Positions 11,907-24,575 of a stretch of DNA of 64,000 nucleotides are shown here, one piece after another. The stretch spans positions 173,166,001 through 173,230,000 of the forward strand of contig JANJGN010000004.1 in NCBI GenBank assembly GCA_026770705.1, in the 5' to 3' direction. Numbering within the stretch: the stretch's first letter is position 1; each line of letters opens with the position of its first letter. The notes beneath the pieces are model-generated. The model saw nothing but the letters and a program-made list of their open reading frames with translations. It ran no database searches and had not been told where the DNA came from. The translations under genes were made by a program, and so were the position numbers. The stretch is from Isurus oxyrinchus (lineage: Eukaryota).

Positions 11907-14190
11907 GCAGAGGCTGAGCATCAACTCGCAGACACTTCCTCCTACCTCCCCCTGGACCATGACCCGACCACTGAACATCAAGCCATTGTTTCCAGGACTG
12001 TTACTGACCTCATTTCCTCTGGAGATCTGCTTTCCACAGCTTCCAACCTCATTGTCTGCCAACCTCGGACAGCCCGCTTCAACCTCCTACCCAAAATCCA
12101 CAAACAGGACTGTCCCAGTAGACTGATCGTGTCAGCCTGTTCCTGCCCCATAGAACTCATTTCTTGCTATCTTGACTCCATTCTCTCTCCCCTTGTCCAG
12201 TCTCTTCCCACCTACATTCGCGATTCCTCTGACACCTTACATCATATCAACAATTTCCAGTTCCCTGGCCCCAACAGGCTCCTCTTCACCATGGACATCC
12301 AATCCCTCTACACCTCCATCCCCCACCAGGCTGGTCTGAGGGCTCTCTGCTTCTTCCTTGAACAGAGGGCCGAACAATCCCCATCCACCACTACTCTCCT
12401 CCGTCTGGCTGAACTTGTTCTCTCACTGAGCAATTTCTCCTTAAACTCCTCTCAATTTCTCCAAATAAAAGGTATGGCTATGGGTACCCGCATGGGCCCC
12501 AGTTATGCCTGTCTCTTTATGAGGTATGTGGAACATTCCTTGTTCCAGTCCTACTCCGGCCCCCTCCCACAACTCTTTCTCCGGTACATGGATGATTATT
12601 TCGGTGCTGCTTCACGCTCTCGTCTGGAACTGGCAAAATTAATTAATTTTGCTTCAACTTTCCACCCCTCCATCATTTTCACATGGTCCATCTCTGACAC
12701 TTCCCTTCCCTTCCTTGATCTTTCTGTCTCAATTTCTGGTGATAGACTGTCCACCAATATCCATTACAAGCCTACCGACTCCCACAGCTACTTTGACTAC
12801 AGCTCCTCACATCCCGCTTCCTGTAAGGACTCCATCCCATTCTCTCAGTTCCTTCACCTCCGTCGCATCTGCTCTGATGATGCCACTTTCAAAAACAGTT
12901 CCTCTGACATGTCTTCTTCGTTAACCGAGATTTTCCACCCACAGTGGTTGACAGGGCCCTCAACCGTGTCCGGCCCATCTCCTGCGCATCCGCTCTCACA
13001 CTTCCCTGTCCCTCCCAGAACTATGATAGTGTCCATCTTGTCCTCACTTATCACCCCACCAGCCTCCGCATTCAAAGGACCATCCTCCGCCATTTCCGCC
13101 AACTCCAACATGATGCCACCACCAAACACATCTTCCCTTATTCCCTCCTGGTGGCATTCCACAGGGATTTTTCCCTCCGGGACATCTTGGTCCACTCCTC
13201 CATTACCACTTACACCTCAATCCCTTCCCAAGGCACCTTCCCATGCAACCACAGAAGGTGCAACACCTGCCCCTTTACTTCCCCTCTCCTCACTGTCCAA
13301 GGGCCCAAACACTCCTTTCAAGTGAAGCAGCATTTCACTTGCACTTCCCTCAATTTAGTCACCTGCATTCACTGCTCCCAATGCAGTTTCCTCTACATTG
13401 GAGAGACCAAACACAGACTGGGAACACCTTCGGTCTGTCCACAAGCATTAACCAGACCTCCCTGTCGCTTGCCATTTCAACACACCACCCTGCTCTCATG
13501 CCCACATGTCTGTCTTTGGCCTGCTGCAATGTTCCAGTGAAGCTCAATGCAAACTGGAAGAACAGCACCTCATCTTCCGATTAGGCACTTTACAGCCTTC
13601 CGGACTGAATATTGAATTCAGCAACTTTAGATCATGAACTCTCTCCTCCATCCCCTCCCCCTTTCCGACCCTCCTTTTTCCAATAATTTATAAATATTTT
13701 TCTTTTTCCACCTATTTCCATTATTTTTAAATGTATTTAAATCCATTGTTTTATCGCTACCTTTTAGCCTATTTTGATCCCTTCCCCCCACCCCACCCCC
13801 AGTTGGGCTATCTGTACCTTGCTCGTCCTGCTTTCTACCTTTAATATCACCTATTAGCACATTTATTAGCTTATATCACCACCGTCAACACCCATTTGTC
13901 TTTTTGTCTGTGACATCTTTTGGCGATCTCCACCTATCACTGGCCCTCTATCCAGCTCTACCTGTCCCACCAACACCACCCCCCCCCACCCCCGTCCCCA
14001 CCCCTGCCCCTTAAACCAGTTTATATTTCACCTCTTTTCTATTTTTCCTTAGTTCTATTGAAGAGTCATACGGACTGGAATCATTAACTGTATTCCTCTC
14101 CACAGATGCTGTCAGGCCTGCTTAGTTTTTCCAGCTATTTTTGTTTTTGATTTGGATTTCCAGTATCCGCAGTTTTTTGCTTTTGTTTCT
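11907..14190 (+). mobile_element. Penelope-like element (RT plus GIY-YIG endonuclease), 5'-truncated and frameshifted
   Basis: LLPKIHK (about 12085), GMAMGTRMGPSYACLFM, FLRYMDDYF, LPFLDLSV, HYKPTDSHSYFDYSSSHP; Cys linker CNHRRCNTC; GIY-YIG-like NLVTCIHCSQCSFLYIGET; 3' region with a degenerate hammerhead. Confidence 0.95.
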
Positions 14191-15049
14191 TTTTTATTAA
14201 TTGCCCGAGTTTAAAAACTTTGGACTCAAAACCTTATCAAATTGCATCACGTCTACCAAATAGTGATTATCCATTAATTAAGGCAGCATTCGTATTGCTT
14301 CTTTTATGTTGTTAACCATTTATGGAAATGGTCTTTTTGGACGCAGATTCTGATCTGATTGTGGAAAGCAGCAGTGAGAGATCCTTTGGGGAAGTCACCT
14401 CATGCCATTTAATATTTATGGGGAAATTAAGCATCCCTGCCTTCCCAACTTTAAACTACCCTCAAAGGGAGTGTAAATTCGAGAGAAGGCTGTACAACCA
14501 CGGATTTGTTGTCCTTTTGAGTGCATCAAATGTGCTTGAATTTAAGTTTAGGTTTGTGGCTGTGGCTGATTTAAGGTGCCAAAAGAAATTAAAGAATTTG
14601 AATGGGATGCTAGTTAATATTTTTGCGAGTTCCATGAACACAAGAGATGAAACTCAGATGCAGATACCAGATGGTATTCTCCTATTCAAATATAGAAAAA
14701 TGTGAACTTGAGAATTATAGACAGCTCTCCTGATATTTCAAGTCGGGTGTCTGATAGGATATTTACCACTTACCCTGGGTGAGTGCGGCTGCAATAATGC
14801 TGAAGCTCAACCTCATTCAAGGGCACAGCAGTACGCTTAATTAGTGTCCCTGCCACCGGGCTCAGTAACCAGCTTCAATGCCACCATCACATTGTGGCTA
14901 CAGTACACACATGATGCACTGTTCAGAAAATAACCAGCAGGACAGTTAATGCAAATTTGTGATATTGAGGCAATCCATTAGCTATGTGAGCTAATCATAG
15001 AAATTTGTTAGTCAAGCAACCACCTAATAATCATGCTCACAGAATCCTA

Positions 15050-16160
15050 TCCTACAGCCAGTGCTCCAACCTACCAGAAACATTTGGTTTGGTCATGAGG
15101 GGCTGACCCAGGGAGTCATCATTCCGGACCCCATGAAGTCTCTTGGCATCAGGTCAAATAGAAACACGGGCAAGGGAACCTCCTGCTCATTATCAGCTAC
15201 TGTCAATCTTCAGCTAACGAATCAGTGCTGCTTCATGTTGAACATCACTTGGAAGAAGCACTGAGTGCAGCAAAGGCATAGAATCTGGGTCCAGGACTTC
15301 AATGCCCATCACTAACGGGTGCCTCAGTAGCACCACTAATGACTGAGGTGTCTGACTCTTGAAGGGCATATTTGCCAGACTGGGCCTGCAGCAAGTGATG
15401 AGAGAACCAACAAGAGGGAAAACCCTACTCGACCTTATCCTCATCAATCCACCTGCTGTAAATGCATCTTTCCATGACAGAATTGGTAGAAGTGACCACA
15501 CAGTGGAGACCAAGTCCCGTCTTCACACTGAGGTCAGGTGGTGTGCCACTACCACTGTGCCAAATAGAATAGATTCAGAATAGCTTTAGCAGTTCATGAG
15601 GTGCTGTGGGCCATCAGCAGCAGAATGGATTTCAAATCTGTTAGCTCTCATATCTCTCAGTCTATCATTACCATCAGGCCAGAAAACCAACTTGGCTCAA
15701 TGAAGACTATGGCAGAGCATGCCAGGTATACCTAATAATGGAACGTGAGCCTAGTTACGCTACAACACAGGGCTACATGCATAAACAGCCTAACAGCACT
15801 GTGGGTGTATCTACACCACATGGATTGCAGTGGTTCAAGAAGGCAGCTCTCCACCACCTTCTCAATGGCAACTAGGGATGGGCAATAAATGCTGGCCCAG
15901 CCAGTGAAGCCCACATCCCATGAATTATTTTTAAAAAACAGAGGAAACAACATGCTATAGAGCTAAGCAATGCCACAACCAATGAATCAGATCCACATTC
16001 TGCAGTCCAGGCATGAATGGTGGTGGACAATTAAGTAACCAACTAGAGGAGAAGACTCAAGTAACATTCTCACCTTCAATGATGGGGGAGCCCAGTATAT
16101 CAGTGCAAAAGACAAGGCTGAAACATTTGCAACTACCTTCAGCTAGAAGTGTCGAGGGGC
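15050..16160 (+). mobile_element. Old fragment of the tRNA-headed LINE (APE region and linker) with a nested 3' tail of the same family at about 15790-15937
   Basis: LGLQQVMREPTRGKTLLDLIL...GRSDH (APE C-terminal motif); the insert carries the GGCAACTAGGGATGGGCAATAAATGCTGGCCCAGCC tail. Confidence 0.8.
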
Positions 16161-16849
16161 ACAGAAGGATTTATAGATTAGAATTCTGAAGTTGGTATGC
16201 TGAGAGACAGGGTTCCAATGAAGATTGGCATGGACAGGAATGATGGGTTTCTTTTTGTTGGATAGCATGTAAAATAAGTTGGAACGTGAGAAAGGCATGA
16301 ATGAGTTTGGAAGTGGAAGTTTTGGTGATTTGCAGGGATATGGAATTTGAAAATCATCTTAACATACAGCAGAGTAGGACACAGTGTTGTTTAGCTCAAG
16401 AAGACATCCAGCAAGGTGGATGTGATGAGGGAATAAAGGGTAGGTTCTGACAGGAACCAAGGATAGCTTTGATCTTATCACTATTTTGCTGTGAGCAGTC
16501 TTGGTTATCCATGACTTACTGTTATCAGACAGCAAAGACAGTTATTAAATCAAGTATGATTGAAGTGGTCCTTAACATCCCTCTACAGAATAAACTTCCA
16601 TCCTATCAGTTTGGGTTGAATTCAAAGCAAAGTCTGAAATTTGAATTTTATCAGGTAGTACACTACTTAACACATCTTAAGACAGTCAGATGGAAAGCGG
16701 TTAACAATTGTGTTAAGAAATTATAGTGGTAGGTGTTAATTCATTCTGAAGCCTAATAATGAAGTAGGGAACCAGACACCAAACTTCTACTGAATACTGG
16801 ATTTAGTTTACAGAATGCAACATTATATATATCTGCCTCCTCCCTAACC

Positions 16850-16951
16850 AACACCCAGTGTTCCTGAAATGTCTCTTTGTATCTTGAGTAGGATTCAAAA
16901 CAACGTCCCTGGGAATAAGAGTCTAACTATCATCCAACTGAGCTACCTGGA
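16850..16951 (-). mobile_element. Decayed tRNA-derived SINE head (second type)
   Basis: Minus strand GGTCCAGGTAGCTCAGTTGG...GTTTTGAATCC resembles A and B boxes; similar heads near 11420-11450 and 49960-49980. Confidence 0.45.
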
Positions 16952-17349
16952 CCATATCCTCTTTTGAGCAAACAACTGAACTGATTAACAAACTGACAGC
17001 CTCTTAAATGGACATTGTAACGAAAGACAAAACTTGAAAGGAAATTTAATAAATCAAATTATAATGCTGTTCCCAGGGCTGATGCTGGACTCCAGCCCCT
17101 GTGGTGCCCACTGGTGATGGAAGGCCTCAAGCGTACCAATGGATAACATGTGCTCCCTCTCCAGGGACACCTGGATGGGAATGTAGCCATGGACAACCGT
17201 AAGACCGTCAGGCTGAAGTGTAACCGAAAGCTGAGAGGCAGCCCCTTCAGATAATCAAAAAGGAGCTGCCTCTCAGGTAACCAATATACATGCGGACCAC
17301 GGATTCCTCGAGGCCGCAGAAAATAAACGCAGCCTGGGAGCCCATAATG

Positions 17350-17720
17350 GAGGAGGTGGTGGCCCAGTGGTATTGTCACTGGACTAGTATTCCTAAGACC
17401 CAGGGTAATTCTCTGGGGACCTGGGTTCAAACCCCACCACGGCAGATGGTAAAATTTCAAATCAATAAAAATCAGGAATTAAAAATCTGGTGATGACCAT
17501 GAACCATTGCCAATTGTTGTAAAAAACCCATCTGGTTCACTAACATCCCTTGAGGGAAGGACCTCTGCTGCCCCTACGTGGTCTGACCCACATGTGACTC
17601 CAAGCCCACAGCAATGTGGTGGGCTCTTAAATGCCCTCCGAACAGGGCAATTAGGGATAGGCAATAAACGCTGGCCTAGCCAGTGACGCCCACATCCCAT
17701 GAACAAATTTAAAAAAAAAC
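17350..17720 (+). mobile_element. tRNA-headed SINE (short-body variant) inserted in Tx1 unit 1
   Basis: A-box TGGCCCAGTGG, B-box GGTTCAAACCC, shared body and tail, ends in poly-A. Confidence 0.9.
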
Positions 17721-19388
17721 AACCATCTTACTGTCGCAACGAGACTGCTGCATGCAACACCTTCAATAGCAAAGGGGAAGACTCCCATGTAAAGGGCCCT
17801 CCACTGGGGGTCCCCGCCTCCTCCAGACGGCAGGACGGAATGTCACGGTGTGTCTGGATGGTTGACGAGAGTGAGCAAGTGAAGGGCATACAGCTGCAGC
17901 CATACAGGAGACCCCTCCATGCAGAATGAAAGAGCATGGAGGGAATGTCTGCAAGAAAGCTCAAATTGTGGGGCCAAGGTTCCTCCAAGAGGTTTCGGGA
18001 CTTAGGGCCAGTGTGTAATTCAAGTTTCTCTTTATAACCTTTCGAGCATAACAATTAAACAAATGGGAAAATTAACTAATTAAATAAATTGACAGTCCCT
18101 TAAAGGGGTACTGTAACAGAAGGCATAAATTTAAAGGAAACTTATCAAACTAAATCGAAATGACATTGTGGGGGCTGATAAGCACTCCAGCCCCTGTCGT
18201 GTCCACCAGTCACAAAAGACCTCAAGCATACCTCTCCAGGGACACCCGGGTGTGAACATAGCCATGGAAAATGGGCAGATAGTTGGGCCGGATGACCCTT
18301 CTACTGCCCGCTGCCTGGACCTGTTGATGGCCATCTTGGCCAGGCCCAGGAACAGGCTAGCGAGGAGGTATTCTATCTTGCCTGCCCCCATCCGCTCCAG
18401 GTGGTGAAAGGTCAGGAGAATGGGGCTGAAGTGCAACCAAAAATTGAAGATCAGCCCCTTCAAATCACGAAAAAGGGGCTGAAACCTCCGACAAACTACA
18501 TAAACTTGGAACCCGGACTCCTTGAGGCCGCAGTAAATACAGGTGGCCCGGGAGTCCGTGAACCATCTTAACCTACGGTTGCATGGGACTGCTGCATGCA
18601 TCACCCTCCCTGATGGTAAAGGGGAAGACTCTCATGTAGGGAACCCTCCACTGGGGACACCCCCGCCACCTCTGGATGGCAGGACAGAACGCCACAGCTT
18701 GTCCGGTCGGCTGGCTAGGGTGAGAAAGTGAAGGGTACACAGCAGCAACCCATACAGGAAACCTCTCCATGCAGAATGGAAAGGCTGGGGGGATTTTCCA
18801 CAAGACAGCTCAAATTGTGGGGTCAAGGTTCCCGAGGGAGGTGTCAGGGCACAGGGACCAATGTAAAATTCAAGTCTCTCTTTATATTCTTTTGGGTAAA
18901 GTGAATTTAACAAATTGGCAAATTAACCAATTAAACCAATTGATAGCCCCTAAGGGGCACTGCAACTAAGGAAAAATGAATTTAAAGGAGCCTTCTGAAA
19001 TTAAGTTAAGATGTCATTTTGGGTGTTGAACAAGCACTCCAGCCCTCGCAGTGTCCACCAGTCACAAAAGGCCCCAAGCATGCCAGTGGACACCGCACGC
19101 TCCCTCGCCAGGAACACCCAGCCATGAACATAGCCACGGAAAAGTGGCAGTAATCAGGCAGGTCAACCCCCTCAACTGCCCGCTGCCTGGACCTGTTAAT
19201 GGCCAGGCTCAGGAGCAGACTTACAAGGAGGTGCTCCTCCCTGCCTGCCTCCCCCCACAATGGATGGCCAAGGATCAGAAACGTGGGGCTCAAGTGCAAC
19301 CAGAACTTGAGGACCAGCACCCCCCCCCCCCACCCCCCCCCCCCCCCCCCCGGTAACTAAAAAGGGGCTGCAACCTCATACACTTCAC

Positions 19389-19650
19389 TTTTTTTTCTCT
19401 ACTTGCTCATGGGATATGGGCATTGCTGGCTAGACCAGCATTTATTGCCCATCCTTAATTGCCCTTGTTTAGAAGGCAGTTAAGAGTCAGCCACATTGCT
19501 GTGGGTCTGGAGTCACATGTTGGTCAGACCAGGTAGGGACAGCAGATTTCCTTCCCTAAAGGACATTAGTGAACCAGATGGGTTTTTACGACAATCAGCA
19601 ATGGTTTTATGGTCATCATTAGATTTCTTAATTCCAGATTTTTTTCTTTT
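19389..19650 (-). mobile_element. 5'-truncated tRNA-SINE copy inserted in Tx1 unit 3
   Basis: Reverse complement of the SINE body and tail (CATTTATTGCCCATCCTTAATTGCCCTTG...GAACCAGATGGGTTTTTACGAC). Confidence 0.85.
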
Positions 19651-21349
19651 TATTTATGGTGGGATATATAAAACACGGACTCCTCAAGGCCACAGAAAAT
19701 ACAGGTGGCCTGGGAGTCCATGAACCATCTTAGCCTTCTCTTGCAAGGCACTGCTACATGCAACATGCTTTACGCCATGTCCCCGATGGAAAATGGGAGG
19801 ACTCCCATGTGAGGAGCCCTTCACTGGGAACCCCTTCCACTTCCAGACAACAGGACACAATGCCACAGTGCGTCTGAACAATTGACGATGATGAGGAAGT
19901 GAATGGTATGCAGCAGCAGCCTACACAGGAAATCCCTCCATGCAGAAAGGAAAGGCTGGAGGGAATTTCCACAAGATGGCTCAAATTGTCTGGCCCAGGT
20001 CCTTAGGGAGGTGTTGGTACATGGGGCCAATGTGAAATTTAAGTCTCTCTTTGTATGTGCTCAAGGTACTTAATCAATCAATGCCCTTCACCTGTGTATT
20101 CTTAACCCTAATAATACAAAATATACCATTAACAATAAGCAATGCTCTACAAGAGGGAATTAAACCTCCAAATATGTAAATATTGCCCAGTGCACACTAC
20201 ATATCAGAAGTCACTAGGAATGGAGGTGTACAGTGGCAAGGAGGGAAAGAGAAAATTTGAAATTCCACACCTAACAGAACTTTGGCAGCGGGCCTATTCT
20301 CCATAATTAATGACTCACTAGCAAAATCACATTTTAAGAGACTTCATGCTTCAAAGTTATATATTCCCAATGTTGTCTTTACAGACATTTTCTTCTGTTA
20401 AATGGATTTCCCCTCTTGGACTATCTCATACATTTGAAGAAAAAAAGTGAACACAGAAATGTTGTAGGTTAGCCTTAATGGGTTACAGCTATTAAGTTGG
20501 GAATTAAGAAGTGCTTAAACCTACCTAAATCTTTGGGAGAGTTGAAACCCTGGTGTCCATTCAAGATTTTAACAGGTTAAAAAACTCAAGAATTTGCCAC
20601 ACTTATACACAATAGAAGGTAACTATCGTTAACCCCTCAAATTTGATTACTTTGGAAGATTCAAAGTAGTATTCTCTAGCTTTTGATTGCTTCACATTAT
20701 TGACATTGTAAAGGTGAATACCAATTGATTTTGCTTGCTACTTCAATCAGAATATAGGTTGCAAATTTGATTATTCTTCTTAATTATCTTGAGAACATTG
20801 TAGTCAGGGATTCACAACAATTTGAAATCAATGCACTTGATTATTTGCAGCTAAGGTTTCATTCAAAGAAGTTTCAATATCTGTGTCTGGTTCATTAAGA
20901 TATTTGATGTCCCCATGGTCTAAGGTCTGCGTAATGTGGGTTAGTTTGTCAACGTCTGCAACACTTACGTATTTTTTTAATACTGACTGCAGGGTCTTAA
21001 GCTGATGATCTGTCCCTGCAGTTTAACTGACTCTGCTCAAACTTGCTTCACTGACTTAGTTATCGATCTGTGTCTAAAGAACTAAAAATCTCCAACACTT
21101 CCTCAGAATGGAATCCCTGAATAAGTCTACCTAACATAATTGACCAATTATTGTGTGGTGAATTATCAAATAATCTATTCATTATATAAAATTTACAGTG
21201 CACAGGCCATTTGGTCCAGCTGGTCTATGTTCATCTTTATGCTCCAAAACAGCCTCGTCCCACTCTATCCAACACTATCAACATGTCCTTAATCCTTATC
21301 CAAGATCCCTTATATTCATATGGTGGTGGTGTGTTACAGTTCACTCAGG

Positions 21350-24300
21350 GAGTCTTTTTTCATTCATTCAGGGGTTGTGGGCTTCACTGGCTGGGCCAGC
21401 ATTTATTGCAGCTTCTCTAGTTGCCCTTGTGAAGCTGGTGGTGAGCTGCCTTCTAGAACCTCTGCAGTCCATGTGGTGCGGTACATCCACAGTTTTGTTA
21501 GGAACGGAGTTCCAGGGTTTTGACCCGGCGACAGTGAAGGAACGGCGATATATTTCCAAGTCAGGATGGTGAGTGACTTGGAAGGAAACTTCCAGGTGGT
21601 GGTGCTCCCATCAATCTGCTGCCCTTGTCCTTCTAGGTGGCAGAGTTTGCAGGTTTGGAAGAGGCTGTTGAAGGAGCTTTGGTGAATTCTCGCAGTGCAT
21701 CTTGTAGATGGTATACATGCTACCACTGTGTGTTGGTGGTGGAAGGAGTGAATGTTTCTGGATGTGGTGCCAGTCAAGTGGGCTGCTTCATCCTGGACAG
21801 TGTCAAGTTTCTTGATTGTTGTGGGAACTGCCCTCTTCCAAACAAGTGGGGAGTATTCCATCACACTCCTGATTTGTGCCTTAGAGATGGTGGACGGGAT
21901 TTGGGAGTCAGGAAGTGAATTACTTGTCTCATGATTCCTGGCCTCTGACCTGCTCTTGTAGCCACAGAATTTATATGGCTGGTTCAGTTCAATTTCTGGT
22001 CAACGGTAACCACCAGGATGTTGATAGTGGGGGATTCAGTGATCGTAGTGCCATTGAACGTCAAGGGGCGATGTTTGGATTCTCTCTTGTTGGAGATGGT
22101 CATTGCCTGACACTTGTGTGGCATGAATATTATTTGCCATTTGCCAGCATAAGCCTGGATATTGTCCAGGTCTTGTTGCATTTGGACATAGACTGCTTCA
22201 GTATATGAGGAATCACAAATGGTGCTGAACATTGTGCAATCATCAGTGAACATCCCCAGTTCTGACCTTATGATGGAAGGAAGGTTACTGATGAAGCAGC
22301 TGAAGGTTGGGCTGAGGACACTACGCTGAGGAACTACTGCAGTGATGTCCTTGAGCTGAGGTGACTAACCTCCAACAACCACAACCATCTCCCTTTGTGC
22401 TAGGCATGACTCCAACCAGCAGAGAGCTTTCCCCCGGGATTTCCATTGACTCCAGTCTTGCGAGGGCTCCTTGTTACCACACTCGGTCAAATGCTGCCTT
22501 GATGTCAAGGGCAGTCACTCTCACCTCTTCTCAGGAGTTCAGCTCTTTTCTCCATGTTTGAACCAGGGCAGTAATGAGGTCAGGAGTTAGGTGAACCTGG
22601 CGGAATCCAAGTTGAGCATCAGTGAGCTGGTTATTGCTAAACAAGTGCTGCTTGATAGCACTATTGATGACCCCTTCCATTACTTTACTGATGATCAAGA
22701 GTAGGCTGATGGGGTGGTTTTTCAACAGGTTGGATTTGTCCTGTTTCTGTGTACAGGATATATCTGGGCAATTTTCCACATTGCCAGGGAGATGCCAGTG
22801 TTGTAACTGTACTGGAACAGCTTGGCGAGAGGTGCGGCAAGTTTTGGAGCACAAGTCTTCAGTATTATTGCCGTAATATTGTCAGGGTCCAAAGCCTTTG
22901 CAGTTTCCAGTGCCTTCAGCAGTTTCTTGATAGCAGGTTGGGTGAATAGAATTGCCTGAAGACTGGCATCTGTGATGCTGGGGACCTCGGGAGGAGGCCA
23001 AGATGTATCATCCACTCGGCACATCTGGCTGAAGATTGTTGCAAATGCTTCAGCCTTATCTTTTGCACTGAGGTGGTGGGCTCCTCCATCATTGAGGATG
23101 GGGATATTTTTGGAGCCTTCTCCTCCTCTAGTGAGTTGTTAAATTGTCCATCACCATTTACAACTGGATGTGGCAGGACTGCAGAGCTTAGCTCTGATCC
23201 GTTGCTTGTGGAATCGCTTAGTTCTGCCCATCACTTGCTGCTTATGCTGTTTGGCGTGCAAGTAGACCGGTGTTATAGCTTCACCAGGTTGACACCTCAT
23301 TTGTAGGTATGCCTGGTGCTGCTCCTGGCATGCCCTCCTGCACTCTTCATTGAACCAGAGTTAATCCCCTGGCTTGATGGTAATGGTAGAGTGAGGGATA
23401 TGCTAGGCCATGAGGTTACAGATTGTGTTTGAATACAATTCTGCTGCTGACCCACCGAGCCTCATGGATGCCTAGTCTTGAGTTGCTAGATCTGTTCAAA
23501 ATCTATCCCATTTAGCACAGTGGTAATGCCACACAACACAATGGAGGGTGTCCTCCCATGGAAGGCAGGACTTCATCTCCACAACAACTGTGCAGCGGTC
23601 ACTCCTGATGCATCTGCGGCAGGCAGGTTGGTGAGGATGAGTTCAATTATTGTTTTCTCTCTTATTGGTTCCCTCACCACCTGCCACAGACCCAGTCTAA
23701 CAGCTATGTCATTTAGGACTGGACCAGCTCAGTCAGCAGTGGTGCTACTGAGCCACTTTTGGTGATGGGCATTGACGTTTCCCACCCAGAGTCCATTCTG
23801 CACCCTTGCCCCCCTCAGTGCTTCCTCTAAGTGGTGTTCAACATGGAAGGGCACTGATTCATCAGCTGAGGGAGGAGGGTATATGGTAATCAGCAGCAGT
23901 TTTTCTTGCCCATGTTTGACCCCATGAGACTTCATGGGGTCTGGAGTTGATGTTGAGGACTTCCAGGGGAACTCCCTCCCGACTGTACACTACTAAGCTG
24001 CCACTTCTGCTGGTGGGACAGGACATAACCAGGGATGGTGATGGCAGTGTTTGGGACATTATCTGTAGGGTATGATTCCATGAGGATGACTATGTCAGGC
24101 TTTTGCTTGACCAGTCTGTGAGACAGCTCTCTCAATTTTGGCACTAGCCCCCGGATGTTAGTAACGAGGACTTTGAAAGTCAATAGAGTTGCATTGTCGT
24201 TTCTGGTGCCTAGCTCAATGCCAGGTGGTCCGTCTTGTTTCATTCTATTTTTTCTGACGTTGTAGCGGTTTGTTACAACTGAGTGGCTTGCTAGGCCGTT

Positions 24301-24575
24301 TCAGAGTTAATCACATTGCTGCGGATCTGGAGTCACATGTAGGCCAGACCAGGTAAGGACGACAGATTTCCTCCCCTAAAGGGCATTAGTGAACCAGATG
24401 GGTTTTTACAACAATTGAAAATGGTTCCATGATCATTATTAGATTTTTAATTGCAGATTTTTATTGAATTTAAATTCCACAATCTGCCATTGTGGGATTC
24501 GAACCTGGGTCCCCAGAGCATTACCCTGGGTCTCAGAATTACTAATCCAGTGACAATATCACTACATCATCGCTT
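21350..24575 (-). mobile_element. Near full-length single-ORF APE-RT LINE (CR1/L2 group) with a tRNA-derived 5' head; decayed by frameshifts
   Basis: ATG at 24243: MKQDGPPG...VLVTNIRGLVPKL...KPDIVILMES (APE). Then CAPKLAAPLAKLFQYSY, PISLLLIISKVMEG, MFTDDCTMF, MEYSPLVW, and the 3' tail CAATAAATGCTGGCCCAGCC...TGAATGAATGAAAAAA. B-box GGTTCGAATCC at 24495-24505. Confidence 0.9.

Larger units (their letters stand above)
16952..20066 (-). mobile_element. Three tandem head-to-tail units derived from the Tx1/L1-clade ORF2 C-terminus plus 3' UTR
   Basis: HAAVPCNRRLRWFTDSRATCIYCG...FWLHFSP...LGLAKMAINRSRQRAVEG (zf-RVT-like region). Units at about 16952-18030, 18031-18882 and 18883-20066. Confidence 0.8.

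Noticed and set aside
12129-13325. Intact 398-aa RT gene or domesticated telomerase-like gene
   Set aside because: It is a Penelope ORF that shifts frame near 12920 (the tail of the listed ORF is out of frame) and is 5'-truncated.
17350-17440. tRNA gene
   Set aside because: A and B boxes are present but there is no clean cloverleaf or T-run terminator, and the sequence continues into a SINE body. The same applies to the other heads.
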